DNA of 64,000 nucleotides from the NCBI RefSeq assembly GCF_009914755.1, contig NC_060927.1, one strand, 5' to 3'. Made by a program: the position numbers and the translations under genes. How positions within the stretch are numbered: position 1 is the first letter of the stretch; every line of letters begins with the position of its first letter. Under the pieces are notes generated by a model. That model was not told the DNA's origin, made no database searches, and saw nothing but the letters and a program-made list of their open reading frames with translations. This DNA is from the human T2T-CHM13v2.0 reference genome, Homo sapiens. Shown here piece by piece: positions 25,615 through 39,880 of this stretch.

Positions 25615-25914
25615 TTTTTTTTTTTTTTTTTGAGACAGAGTCTCACTCTGTCGCCCAGGCTGGAGTGCAGTGGCACGATCTCTGCTCACTGCAAGCTCCG
25701 CATCCCGGGTTCACGCCATTCTCCACCTCAGCCTCCCAAGCAGCTGGGACTACAGGCGCCCGCCACCACACCCAGCTAAATTTTTTTTGTATTTTTAGTA
25801 GAGATGGGGTTTCACCGTGTTAGCCAAGATGGTCTCCATCTCCTGACCTCGTGATCCTCCCGCCTCGGCCTCCCAAAGTGCTGGGATTACAGGCATGAGC
25901 CATCGTGCCCAGCC
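25615..25914 (-). mobile_element. AluY with TSD gggcatgtctc
   Basis: AluY diagnostics; TSD at 25603-25613 and 25915-25925. Confidence 0.97.
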
Positions 25915-27099
25915 GGGCATGTCTCATTCTTAAAAGTCACAACAATATTTAAAACATGCATTGCCCTACTGACCAAGTGCTTGCAGCATCGTCTAATTAA
26001 GTCAGAGTATTAAATGGGTACAGAGGATTGGACATTGCTTTCATAGAGCATTTATTAACTGTATATGCCCTATAAAACTAGGGGATATGAATACAGAGAG
26101 GTGTCCTTGTTCCCTAGGAATTTAAAGTTTAGAATAATTTCAAGGCTATATGTTACTAAGTAGGCATACTGCACTGGTGTGTGGAATATGTAAGTACCCA
26201 CCAAGGAGAAATTTTATAATGGCATGTGGATTCAGATTTATCACTTTACCTTGAGGATTTACCCAAATATGAAAGGAATATTAGTGATTGCTTTGCGTTC
26301 AAGGGAAGGGGTTTGGGCATAATGTGTAGACCTCCAGTACCATTTAACTGAGTGTTGCTACCAGTTGGGGCATGTATTTTTCAAAAGGAACTAGTAATTT
26401 CCTTCATTGGCAATTAATTAGGTATCCTAAAAACGTGCAATTTAAATCTGATAGCATGGATGGTGAGTCTTCTGGATGGCAGTGTTGGAGAGAAAGTCCA
26501 AGAATGCATTTTCTAGGAGAAAAGGTCACTAATTAGCTTTGCAAGTAAAATCAATGCTTAGTCATTCCTTCATCCAGTTTTTCTTTTCTGATGTTCCTTT
26601 AGCAGCATCATATTAGTTTTTGACATTGGAAAATCATAACCTGTTAACCCAATGGATAAACAATAGCTAGGAAAGCTTTTTAGAGTTTTTGATAATTTTA
26701 TTAATTTTCTATTAACGTCTCATCTTTATTGTAATTTTCTTTAGGCTCAGAGAATAAAAACATCTGTCTCTAGCTAATGGACCAGTAGAACAGTCTTTGG
26801 AGCCAGTAGGATATGAGCCTGTGGTCTGAAGAATCAGGATAGATTTAAAGGAATTTGGTTAGTGACCTTGAATCTTTAATGTTCTCTGCCACACATTCTC
26901 CTCTTTTATAGTCTTACCATAAGAATTTGTGCTAAGAGGAATCTCTGGAAACATTCTAACCCAGGACACAAACTGCCTTTGAAATCTGAAGTAAATCTCA
27001 TATAAAATGTATTTACACATAATTAAATTTGTTTTAGTCTAAAATCTGGTGATGTTACTTAATGTCAGTTCATTTCCACAAAGATTTATCAAGCTTCTG

Positions 27100-28050
27100 T
27101 GGATTCAAGTGAGAATGGAAGGAGAAGGTTTGGAGACAACACTTCTGAGGACTTTTGCCAATCACCTAAGCAATGTGAGGTTCCATATTGTGGCTTTCGA
27201 GTGAGATCATTCAAAGGTGTTATGTGTTTTTCTCCCTCTGGGCCTTCATGTGTATGAGTGGAGTGTTGAAGTGAACGAGGCCATGTTTTTGCCGAGTGAG
27301 CAGGTCCACACTAGAGTGGGGATAGAGTTCAGCATGTATGGAAGGGAGTGGTTATGACAATTGACTGTGGAATTTAAATTGGCTAAGGAGGTGAATTTGG
27401 ACATGAGGAGGGTGAGGGACAGTGAAAAGCTGTAGTATCCAATGGGTTGGAGGTCTCCCTGGGGTCAGAGACTTGCTGAAGTTGTGGTATCAGAGATGGG
27501 AAACTGACAGGAGATGTTGGTGGTGGGAGAGCAACATGGAGGAATTTCAGCTAAGAAGTGGTGTGTGACCTTGGAGTTAGGGCAGAGAACAGGGACTGAA
27601 AAGCCAGGGTATTGGAATGATCATCTCTGTGGCTACTGAATTCACTTAGAGTCATGGCCACAGGAGTGATGAAGAGTGACAGGGAACCAGGAACCCAGAT
27701 CTTCCCAGAATGAGGGAGAGTGGGCAATATAGTCTGATTTTGTGTGAATCAAAGGTCAGGATTTTACAGAAGAAAGGAGGGACAGTGGTATAGATGTGAT
27801 AAAGATAACCCACTCTACCTCTAAGCCTTGAAGTTCAGGGAATGTGGGGAGAAAATAGTCACCACATAGGGGGGCTAGAGGTGGAGTGAGCAGTGGGATC
27901 TTGCTAATGACTATAAGTTCCAGACAGCACAGGGAAAGGGTTTCAAGCATTGGGAATGGTGGGTGATAGGGTCAGGAAGAGGAATGGAAAGAGCCATATG
28001 GTGGTAAAAGTGTAAGGTTGAGAAATGACTTGTGAGTCCTTGAGGGCTTC
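27100..28050 (-). mobile_element. Degraded L2 internal region
   Basis: Purine-rich gagaatggaaggagaagg...ggagaca...ggaatgatcatctctgtggctactgaa pattern typical of antisense L2. Confidence 0.4.
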
Positions 28051-29686
28051 TCCTTGTATTCTTAACAGGGATAAAAGATATGATTAAGTTAGTCCTGATA
28101 TTCCCAAGGCTATTGATTTATAGACTGGAATGGGAGAAAGGACAGCACCCAGGGTTTTGGGTCTCCCGCTGGACTCCTGCTTGAGGGGGTGGTCTTATAC
28201 AGAGCACATAGGGCCCCCATTTAACCCCAGCCAGAGGAGGGGCTGCCTTGAGACCAAGCATTCATTACCCCTGTCCAGGGAAGTATAATGAACAGTAGAG
28301 GTCATGGAACATTCTCATGTTTTATTCAACTTTGTGGATCACTTCACGTATTTCACCACATAGACAGCATTCCCTTGTGCCATATTTCTGATTACTTTGT
28401 GCCCAGTGAGGATCCTTCATTCATTTATTGCTTCTTTCCTTCCCAGTTACTTGTGTTTCTTTTGTCTGGACAGAAGAAAGCGGTAATGTCTGCCAGTCTG
28501 AGGACAGAGCGTGTGTGATGGTGCCCTGTAAGACTCTATTGAATTGAGATACTGTCTGCAGGAAGGCCATTTAGTCTAAAACCAGTTATCACTTCTCCTG
28601 AGCTAAAAAGCATTCAGTTCTATCTTCTGGTCACTCCAGAAGAGATTCCATAGTACAAGCCAAAAGAAATTAAATACATGAAGTGACCTTTAATCTATAT
28701 TAGGGAAATTAATATACGTTTAACTCTTTGGAAGCACTAGATTTGAAATTCAAAATGAACTCCTTAATAAATCCTTACTGTCTCCTTGTGGACAGATGCG
28801 TGGGTCTTTAATATCTTTATTCTTTATGTCACAGTCTGTTGAGCCCTAAACATATTTGTATAAATAAAGAGATTCAGGAAAGATTTGCCAAAAGGACTTA
28901 ATTTTATTTCTAATTCCCCTTTCTGGAATCCTGCTTCCTTTACAAGGATATTGTACAGAAATGTGATTTTATGAAATACTTGAATTGTTTTAATACTTCA
29001 CTTTTAAAGTTCCACTTTGTATGTAAGAGGACTTCTCAGATTTGAGTCACAATTTTCAAAACATAGTGAAGGACCAAATGGGAATATAAAGGTTGGTTAG
29101 AGAAATAAACCTTTTTTTTTTTTTTAATGGACAGTTAAGCACGTGATAGAGGTTCCAAAGGTAGATTGAAGTAGGGGAAGATAATGCTGATGAAATAATG
29201 GTTTCACTGGTGTCCCTTCATTCTTTACAAATAAATCTATCCTAGAGATCACTTATGCAGTATGTAAATAATAAACACAGCCAAAGTTGGTTTACTGGTC
29301 TTTTTTCCAACCAGAACTTTACACTGATACTTCCTCTCCTCTGTGATAGAGTCATGATCATCAGTCCTTTGGAAGATCTGGAAAGTCCTGAGATAGCAGG
29401 GTGAAATCAGACCCCTTCCAGCCTGTAAACTTTTACAAGGCACAACCAGGCCTTTTATGTCTTACATGGTGAAGTTGGGGAAACTATCTCACCATTTGGG
29501 AAGGCATAGATGCTAAAGTCACAATGATGTGATCCTCGAACATAGAGCTATTCAATGTGTATTTGTTGGATGGATTAAATTGTCACTGCATTTTTTTTAG
29601 CACTATGTATTCTTTTTTAATTCTGTGGACTCCAAAAGTGTGGTTGTGTGTAAGGATATGTACAAATAAACACTTACATAGGTAGC

Positions 29687-29727
29687 CACACACACACACA
29701 CACACGCACATGCACACACACATGCAC
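29687..29727. repeat. Imperfect (CA)n microsatellite
   Basis: Directly visible. Confidence 0.9.
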
Positions 29728-31059
29728 AGAGATGTTCGCATATGCAGAGAGACACCTGACTGTTGGTTCACACAGTTTTCCATTACAGAAGAATGCCTTT
29801 CCCAGCTATGGTAAATAAGTGCGGTTAGTCTGATCTCTCCACCTCTGACCTAGTTTTGATATTTTGTAGCTCTAGTTAGTATAAAAGAAACCCAATTTTT
29901 TTTTCATGTTCCAGAAACAGGTTCTTTCTTCCTAAAAATAAATGAAAGGACCTTGACATAAGGTGCATATTTTCTAATTAAGAACATCTATGCTGCATTT
30001 AATTAATAGCTTCTCAACCTTATTTCCAACAAGTTGTTTTATTCATAACTGGGCCAATTCTTATTAAATTTAAAAAAAATTTATGTCCATATGGCATTCT
30101 AGTGGTATGCGCATTTGTACATAGCATTCTAGGAATGAAAATATCATTTTAAAATGGAAATTACAATACCAGTATGTGCCTATTTCTACATAGTTCAGCC
30201 ATTTTCAAGGCTTAAAATGGGTGGGACCGCACATCTGAATTTTTCAGTATAATCGTTGGGTTATTAATGCATGGCAATTTTAGTTCCGTGAACAAGGAAA
30301 TACACTGTGCTGGAGTTTCTTCTTTGATGGGTAAATATACTCTCTAAGTTAAGTGTAAGGATTCAGAGCAACCACAATAGCTACATAAGGCTACTCTCTT
30401 TTGCTTCATTAGTGTGGTTTTTTGAGGATTTTATTGTCATAATTCTTCACATGTACTTATATTCCAATTACTTTACTATATTTGGTGGCCCAAACGTGAC
30501 ATTCCTTATTAGATTCCCATTGGTCTAAGTAATTCCCATTACTTAGACTCGTCTTTTCTCTATAGTAAAGACTTTCTTGGAGCTTGGAATTTAATTGGTG
30601 TTATGCTGGGATAACTACCAAGTTCATTCCCATTGCCATCTGGTATGAGCCTCTTTAGTGTTGTGTGTGCCTGGTTGCACAGTGATCTCTTCAGTCTGTT
30701 TTGTATTACTATATTGTTATTTATAATGTACATCTCATTTATTTTATACCTTGTTCTAGAAAGGATTTAGGATGGTTTACAAAGATTCATAAAAAATAAT
30801 AACTTAAAATTTAAGAGTGTAAGCAATAGAAGAAATAAGAAAAAAAAGCAAGATAATAAGAATAGAACTTGAAAAGGTCTGAGAAAATTGCTGGCTTTTA
30901 GGGCCGATATTCATGCTTTTGCATGGACACATATATGAAGCGTTGGGCATCCTAGAAACCATTTAAAAAGGACCTCTATTCCATTACGTGATATCCTTAG
31001 TATAGGAGCAAACCATTTACCTTCCTTCTTCTATAGTTTACTCAGTGTTTGTTAATCTT

Positions 31060-31740
31060 TAAAAAGTTAATTTATTATACATAGAAGAGCAGTTATAATG
31101 TATATATTATTTATGAAGAATAAAGTGCATACCCTCTGCCTAGCTTAAAAATAAAACATAACCACTGCCTTTGAAGCCCCCAATGTGCTCTTTACCAATT
31201 GCATTCCCTCCCTCTCTCCCCTACTAGAGGTAATTAGTACACTAAAATTTGCAGTTATTCTTTACTTTTGTTATATTTTAACATCTCTTTACAAATGAGT
31301 GAAAATGAAACAATAATGTGCATGTTTTTTTCTGTGATCTTTGCTTCTTGTGCTCAGCACTGAGATTCACCCATGTTGAAATTTGTACCTATAGTTCATT
31401 CATTTTCACTTGGGTAAACATGTACTACTTATCCATTTCCTTATGAACAACAAACAATGCTATCAATATTCTTATTTGTGTCTCCTGGTATGACTCCCTT
31501 TTGTATGTCTTACATAGGCATATATGTGTGAGACTTTCTCTAGGTTTTAGAATTACCAATTTGTTGTGTCATGGGGATAATCAGCTGTGCATATTAAGCT
31601 TTACTAGATAATGTCAAATTATTTTCCAAAGAGATTTCTGCTCCCACTAGTGTAAGAGGAGCTCGTGTGCTTCACAGCCTTATGATACTTGGCATTGTGT
31701 GGCTTTTTGATATTTGCCCATCTGGTAGGTATTTGATGCA
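31060..31740 (-). mobile_element. L1ME 3' fragment
   Basis: gagattcacccatgttg...agttcattcattttcact...tttactagataatgtcaaattattttccaaa. Confidence 0.7.
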
Positions 31741-31989
31741 TTCTTTATAAAGGTATTGCTAGGCCAGAAGCCTGGCACCAGAGATGAGTTATATATATCC
31801 TGCTCATCTTACTCACCAGACCTTCCTTCACAACTTCTCTCTTGTCCCTGAAGTTTTCCTTCATAGCATCCATCTAAAGCTTGACTACATCTCACCTGCT
31901 TTAGCTCTCTGAATTATGAATGTTCATCTGCTACTACTTGCTTACATTAAAAATTTAGAACACATTTCAAGTGTCTTCAGTCGTGGTTC

Positions 31990-33070
31990 TCTATTAATTA
32001 GCTCAACACATAAGTTGAATAATTCATTGACACTGGACCTGGTATATGTTAAGGTAAGTACTTTGCTCTCAGAGACTTTTGTCTAGCTAAGGTGGTGAGG
32101 GCCAATAGGACTGTAAACAAGTATGTGATAAGTTAAAATGCTATGAAGGGAACATCAGGTGCTGAGATGAATAACATGGAAATGAACTTTAGCTGGTGTC
32201 TCAGTTTTGTGCTGCTGTAACAAAGTAAGCTGGGTAATTTATAAGGAACAGAAGTTTACTTGTCTCACAGTTCTAAAAACTAGAAGGTTAATTTGTACAG
32301 CAGCATAGAAAAAAAAAAGAAACTGGAAAGTCCAAGAGCATGGTTCCAGCATCTGGTGTGGGTCATCCCACCGTGGAAGGCAGAAATGAGCACATAAGAC
32401 AGAGGGGAAATCAGGCTAAACTCATCCTTTTATCAGGAGCTCATTTTCATGGTAACTAACCAATCCCTGAGATGTAACATTAATATATTAATGTTATATA
32501 ATATATTAATGTTATATAATATATTAATATGTTAATGTTATCTCTTAAAGGTCCCACCTCCCAACACTGTTGCATTGGGGATTAAGTTTCCCACATGAAC
32601 TTAGGAGAACATACTCAAATCATAGCAGATGGTGTGGCCAAGGAAGGCCTCTCAGGCAGGTGAACTTAGCTGAGACATGACCAATGGGAAAAGGTTAGCC
32701 AGGTGTTGTGACTACTATGTGTGGGGCAGGTTGGAGGGAGAGAAGGAAACAGAGGCAGCACTTCGGGCCAAGAGGTTAAAGTGTGAGGAACTTGAGGCAG
32801 GATAAAACTGGCATGTTTAATAGTTGTAAGAGGGCAGGTATGGCTGGAAGGCAGATGCTTGTTTGGAGGACTGTGGCAAGAAATTAAGAAAGAGAGAAAT
32901 CTTATACCACCTCCTAGGCAGGGTAAGGAGTATAGATTTATACTTAAGGGCAAGAGAAAGCTGATGAAGGGTTCAAAATGTGGATAGGAAAGGGAGAATG
33001 ATATGATCTAGTTGAAGTTTTAAGATAACTTTTGCTGATATGTGAAGATTGGATTGAGGATCATGATCGA
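31990..33070 (-). mobile_element. L2 interrupted by MST LTR
   Basis: gtggccaaggaaggcctctc...agctgagacatga...ggtaaggagtatagatttatac. Confidence 0.55.
32197..32628 (-). mobile_element. MST (MSTC/D-like) solo LTR carrying two internal insertions
   Basis: ctgggtaatttataaggaacagaag...ctcttaaaggtcccacctc...ggggattaagtttcc...aaatcatagca. Confidence 0.85.
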
Positions 33071-35143
33071 GTGATTTTTTTGTGTGTTCAAAACAATCAC
33101 AAAATTTCAAACATTTGCAGCACCTGTTACCTGTGAGGATATAAAGTGGGGTCCTTGTCCTCTAGAAGTTGTTCATAATCATTTGGGGTGGTGAAGCACA
33201 TAAGAAAACCGTTAGTACTAAATGCCAAGTGAGCTGTACAAAGAAGACTTGTTACAGGATTAGAAAAGGAAGAAATAACTGTTGCCAGAAGCCATCAGGA
33301 AAGGCTTCCTGGGGCAGCTGTGAGGCTCAATATAGACAGGGAAGGATGAGTAAAAGTTAAATAGTAGGGAATAGAGAAGGCATTCCAAGCAGGACAAAAC
33401 AGTGTACATCCATGTTTGGATAGAACAAAGGAAGGCTGGGAAATGAATTTAGAGAGACAGAGAAAGCTGTTGCCAGGTTGTGAGAGCCCTTGAATGACCT
33501 CTTTTCCCTAAAGATGGCACCACCAGTAGAATAGTGAACTAACACACTTCACATTTTCATGAGGATGGAGCCGATGGCTCTGGTTTAGAAGACTTTACTT
33601 AAGAATGCAATTTCTTTACAAACAATACCATTGCATTTATGATTACAGACTTATTTTATTGGTCCTAGATTAATATCTTACAGGTCTTTGCTGGGTCACA
33701 TGGTTGATTTTGGTTTGGCATTGGGTCTTTACATAAGAGAACCAGTTCTTTTTTAAAATAAACTAAGAAGTAATTAGACAAATGCATGTCTAGCTAATAA
33801 AATAAGGGCACTTACTTTACTCCCTCAGGACTCCTTCGTTTCAGTGGTAGTGCAAAGAAATGGTGGAGGCAGCATGCATCTGGGGGACTTATTCAAATTA
33901 ACTAGTATAAAGTCATATCTTTTAAGGTCTTACAGGAACTTAAGGTCCAGTTCAGTACAAGTCCTTTTATTTAAAACCCAAGCTGTTCTCCTCTATATTT
34001 GATCCTTTATTTAATACCCAAACTCCTCCCTTAGCCTGCCCTTAAGGTAGAATTAGTGGCATCATGTGATACTCCATTCTGGCTTCTGGCTTCCAGCTTC
34101 CTTCATTTCTTAAGACTTTATATTTACCCATCATCCTGTAGCCAGGATTGGTGCATGATCTGTCCAGGCTTTGTCTGTCTGTTTGGTCAAAGTCCCGCTG
34201 TATAATTGACTCACCTCACTCTTACGCTTCCAGGAATGTGTACATTGTTCAGTCTCCTTGTCTGCTTTTCCACAGTATTTTGTATATTTACATATTCTTT
34301 GAATGTGTTCATTTAATATATCCTATTTTTATTCACTATTTTTACTCACTAAATGTCTTTCTAAATTTCTCATCTTCCTATCAGAGCCCACTGCTGCATT
34401 TTTGCCCAGTCTTCTCTCATGGCTCAGTACCATACATCATACCTCATTCAATGGTGAGGAAATGTCCATGAAGACCCTAAACAGTACAGAGCACTTGTTT
34501 CTTTTCCTGCTTCCTCTGGAAGCACTGAGTGACATCACCAGTATAATAACAATCCTGGGTCATTGCCAGCCTTACCACACCTTTTTTTCAGATAATTCAA
34601 ACATTTTGATAGCCTGCCACAGTCACAGAGTTAGAGAGACCCTCAGAGTGTCAAGTATGAGATATTGTGCCTGTCTTCTGGAAAGGTTCTGGTCTTGGGA
34701 GAGGAGGGCTTACACAAGTGAGGACAAGAGAGGAGTACAAAATGGCTTTACCAAGTTATCTCTGACATAAGGCAGTTCAACTTTGGCACTTGCAGGGCTG
34801 TGGTGTACCTGCTGCTGCTGCCTTTCTCTCCCCTTAACTTGTGGGCAGTGAGCTAAACAAACTGAGGAAATTTAAAGGTGGATTCTCCATTGGAAAAGGC
34901 TTAGAACCCTAGTGCAACCTATAAGCAAGTGCTGCAACTACAGATATAAAGGAAACACATAATAATCCCTGAAGAGTGTATTAAGAAGAGAGCATGATTT
35001 AAATCTCATTGCAACATTTCATTTCATACCAAGGACTCATTCTTTGTAACAAAGCAATGTCCCTGTCCTGGTAGGCGACCCACAGAAAAACCATTTTGTT
35101 TCTCTGAGTACAGTAAACTCTTTGCAGTGAATGCTTTCTCTGA

Positions 35144-35147
<4 letters not shown>

Positions 35148-35174
<27 letters not shown>

Positions 35175-35200
35175 ATCTGTGTGTGTTTGTGTGAGTGTGT
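35148..35200. repeat. (TG)n microsatellite
   Basis: Directly visible. Confidence 0.95.
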
Positions 35201-35566
35201 TTAACAGTCTCTTGTCGTTAAAAAAGAATCGCATTCTGAGCTGAAGATGGGTATGAGGGTGCTAGGGTACTGCAGCTGCTCTGAATGTTATGTTGCCTTT
35301 AAAAAAAATTCAACATTTGCTGTCTTCAGGGAACTCCCATTGAAGAGATGGGGACACCAGACAGCTTACTAATGCAGCTCTGATCTCATTTAAGGTAGGA
35401 GCTCAGGAATTTTTGTTTGTCCCCTCTCTGTTACCAGCATATTGTACAATGCCTGGTGTGCAAAATGTGTTCAGTAGGAATTCACTTTTTTGTTTGGAAA
35501 TAATTTCAGGATTTTAAATAAGTTGCAACATAGGCTATAGAGTATACCCATATACTCTTTACTCAC

Positions 35567-35951
35567 TGTTTTAGTTTGCTAGGGCTGCCATAGCAGTGTA
35601 TCACAGAGTGGGTGGCTTCAACAATAAAAATGGATTTTGTTATGATTCTAAAGGCCAGAAGTCCAAGATCAGGGTGTCAGCAGGGTTGGTTTCTTCTGAG
35701 CCCTCTCTCCTCATCTTGTAGATGGCTGTTTTCTCCATGTGTCTTCACATGGATTTCCCTGTATATATGTCTGTGTCAAAATTTCTTCCTCTTATGAGAA
35801 CACCAGTCATATTGGTTTAGAGCCCACTCTAATGAAATCATTTTAACTTAATTATCTCTTTAAAGACCCTATCTTCAAATATAATCACATTCTGAGGTTA
35901 GGACTACAACATGTAAATTGGGGCAGGAGGATCATAGTTTAGCCCATAACA
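35567..35951 (-). mobile_element. MLT1B solo LTR
   Basis: tagtttgctagggctgccata...gaagtccaagatcagggtgtcagcagggttggtttcttctgag...caccagtcatattgg...agcccataaca. Confidence 0.9.
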
Positions 35952-35994
35952 CCCAGATTCATTTAATATTTTTCCTCACTTGCATGATGATTTG

Positions 35995-36555
35995 TGTGTT
36001 AAACATCTGTTCATATTCTTGTTAGCCATTTGTGTATTATCTATGGAAATAATACACAAAATCCTTTGCCCATTTTTAAAAAATTGTGTTGACTTTTTTT
36101 GTTGAGTTGTGGGAGTTCTTTCTGTGTTCTGGATATTACCCCTTTATCAGACATATAATTTTCAAATATTTTATCTCATTCTATAGGTTATTTTTTCACT
36201 CTACTGATATTGTTGTTTGATGTACAAAGGTTTTAACATTTGATGTAGTCCCATTTGTCTACTTTTGCTTTTGTTGCCAGTGCTTCTGATATCATATCCA
36301 AGAAATCACCAAGTCAAATTCCAATGTTACATTTTCTTCTGGGATAGTTTTAGATCTGACATTTAGGTCTTTAATCCATTTTGAGTTGATTTCTGGTATA
36401 TGATGTAAGACAAGCGTCCAACTTCATTCTTTTGCATGTGGATGTCCAGTTTTCTTAGTACCATTTATTGAAAACACAGTCCTTTGGTGTTGGTACCCTT
36501 GTTGAGAATCATTTGACCATGCACAAGGAGTTTATTTCTGGGCTCTCTATTCCAT
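35995..36555 (-). mobile_element. L1MB ORF2-3' fragment
   Basis: atttaggtctttaatccattttgagttgattt...aacttcattcttttgcatgtggatgtccagttt. Confidence 0.85.
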
Positions 36556-37035
36556 TTCTAAGCTTACCAGATCATTAGGAGAATCCTGATGACATTTGGG
36601 AAAGAGATCCCTGCAAATGGCATCTAAAGATATTCACACAACAGTGAGGTCAATGAGGTAAAAATAATGATTAAGGACAGATTTTAGAATTAAGAAGTAC
36701 TTATTATAATGAATATGACACTGCTAAAACCTGTCAAGTAAAATATGTAATAAAGCCTCAGGATAATCAGAGAATGGGTTATTCTCTGTTTACCTCAGGA
36801 TTTAGCCAAAAGTGCTTTAGTTTTAAACCTTCATTAATATAAAATTATTAAGGATAATATAATATAAATTATTAAGTATTTCACAAGATCATGGGATCAT
36901 AACTCTTATGTCAGTTACCACATTTAATGTAGAAAAAGGGGAACACAGAATACACGTGGCCAAAGAATACCCCACGGAAGTTATTTGCTTTTGCTCTTTA
37001 CCGCATACCTTATGGTACTTTTTAAAGCAGGCCTT

Positions 37036-37400
37036 CTTTTTAAAATAACAGCTTTATTGAGTTATAATTTACGTATTATAAAATGCACCTTTTAAAAAAT
37101 GTACAATTCAGTGATTTTTAGTATATGTAGAATGTTGTGCAACTATCACCACTATATTTCAGAACATTTTTGTCACCCCAAAAGAAACCTCATACCCATT
37201 AGCAGTCATGCCCTACCCCGTTTCCCCTAAGTCCCTGACAGGCAGTAATCTACTTTGTATCTCTGGATTTGCTTATTCTGGACAATTCCTATAAATGGAC
37301 TCATTCTATACGCAGCCTTTTGTGTCTGGCTTCTTTTACTTAGCAAATGTTTCCAAGGTTCATTCATGTTGTAGCATGTCTTGGTACTTCATTCCTATTT
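37036..37400 (-). mobile_element. L1MB7/8-like 3' end
   Basis: acagctttattgag...tgtacaattcagtgatttttagtatat...ttgtgcaactatcaccacta. Confidence 0.85.
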
Positions 37401-37887
37401 ATTTGTTTAAATTGACAGATGGAAATTGTATATATTATTTTATAAAATATGTTTTGAAATATGTATACATTGTGGAATGGCTAAATTAAGCTAATTAAAA
37501 TATGAATTATCTCACATATTTATTTGTGGTAAGAACACTTAAAATCTACTCTCATCAATTTTGAAGTATACAGTACATTGTTGTTGACTATAATCACGTT
37601 GTTGTATAATAGGTCTTTTGGATTTATTAGTCCTGTCTCATTGAAATTTTGTATCCTTTGACCAACATCTTCCCAGTTCCCCGTTTTCCCAAGTCCCTAG
37701 TGTCCACTGTTTTACTCTCTGCTTCTATAAGTTCTCCTCTTTTATTATAGATTCCACAGGTAAGTGCGATTATGTGGTATTTGTCTTTCCGTGCCTGGCT
37801 TATTTCACTTAACATAGTGTCTTGTCCATGTTGTTGCAAATGACAGGATTCTCTTTTTTTTTTTTTTAAGGCTGAATAGTATTCTAT

Positions 37888-37938
<51 letters not shown>

Positions 37939-38415
37939 CACATTTTCTTTATCCATTTATCTGTTGATGGTCACTTAAGTTGATCTCATATCTTGGCTAT
38001 TGTGAATAATGGTGCAATGAGTATGGGAGTGCAGATATCTCTTCTACATACCGATTTCATTTCCTTTGGATATATACCCAGTAGTAGGATTGTAGGATCA
38101 TATGGTAGTTCTATTTTAATTTTTTGAGGAACTTCCATACTGTTTTCCATAGTCACTGTATTAATTTACATTCCCACCAACAGTGTACAAGAGTTCCTTT
38201 TTTCCACATCCTTACCAACACTTATCTTTTATCTTTTTGATAATATTCATTCTAGCAGTGTAAGATGATATCTCATTGTGGTTTTGATCTGTATTTCCTT
38301 GATGATTAGTAATGTAGAATATTTTTTCATATTTGAAAAATATGGTCATTTGTATGTCTTCTTTTGGGAAATAGCTCTTCAGGTCCTTTGCCCCCCATTT
38401 TTTAATCAGGTCATT
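37400..38415 (-). mobile_element. L1MA (MA8/9-like) 3' region
   Basis: gtaagaacacttaaaatctactct...ggagtgcagatatctcttc...ttcccaccaacagtgtacaag. Confidence 0.9.
37889..37938. repeat. (CT)n(AT)n compound microsatellite inside L1MA
   Basis: Directly visible. Confidence 0.95.
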
Positions 38416-38715
38416 CATTGAGATTCATAGAGATTAGTCAACTTTTCCCAAGTAATATAATTAAAAAGTAGTAGAGTTGGAGTTTCAAGTTACTTGTACC
38501 TGTCTCCAAAGTTGAGGCAGGTTTTTTGTTTTATTTTGTTTAAAATCACAGGCACAGAGAGTTGAGTGAATCCTATTTCTTGGTACATGGAACCAAGAAA
38601 TAGCATTTTATTAGACTCCCTCTTGATTATTTACTTAAATATTTATTTCCTTTTATCTTCATATTTCATTTGATTCCCCCCCAACAAGCAATCATTTTAA
38701 TTTGTTTTCATGTAC

Positions 38716-39341
<626 letters not shown>

Positions 39342-39344
39342 ATA

Positions 39345-39880
39345 CATCTTTTTGAGTATATTATAAAATATGTATTGTGTTGTATTCATGTGTTATAACA
39401 AATCTTATCTCTCTTTTTTCCCACTAAGCCTTGCAATTTTAGGCTCTATCCATGTTGCTATGGGTACATCAAACCTGCTGCGTCTCTTTGCTGTGCTTCT
39501 CCACAGAGCATCCACCACATTTTTATCCATCTGTTCGGCCAGGGATGCTCACTCGATTCCCTCAAGCTCCCCTTCCCCACAAACAATACTGCTGTCAGCA
39601 GCTGCTTTTGATTGCACATCAACATTCCTCTGGGATATATACAAGGGAGTCAAATTGCTGGGTCATACTTAATTTAACTAAGTAGTATTGGATTGCTCTC
39701 CAGGATAGCTCTACCAGACTTCGCTCTACTAGCAGTTCTTGGGGGTTACTGTTTCCCCAACACTCCACCAATGCTTGGCATTATCCAGCTTCCTAATTTT
39801 TGCTAGGCAAATAAGCACAAAATGAAGTCTTGGGGGATTTTTTGGCCATTTCTTTGATCACCAGTGATTTAACATTTCTT
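39345..39880 (-). mobile_element. L1ME fragment
   Basis: ctatccatgttgct...ggatatatacaagggagtcaaattgctgggtcata...cttggcattatccagctt. Confidence 0.65.

Noticed and set aside
34148-34770. 107- and 155-aa ORFs in unique-looking DNA
   Set aside because: No splice signals, domain or coding-like composition; consistent with chance
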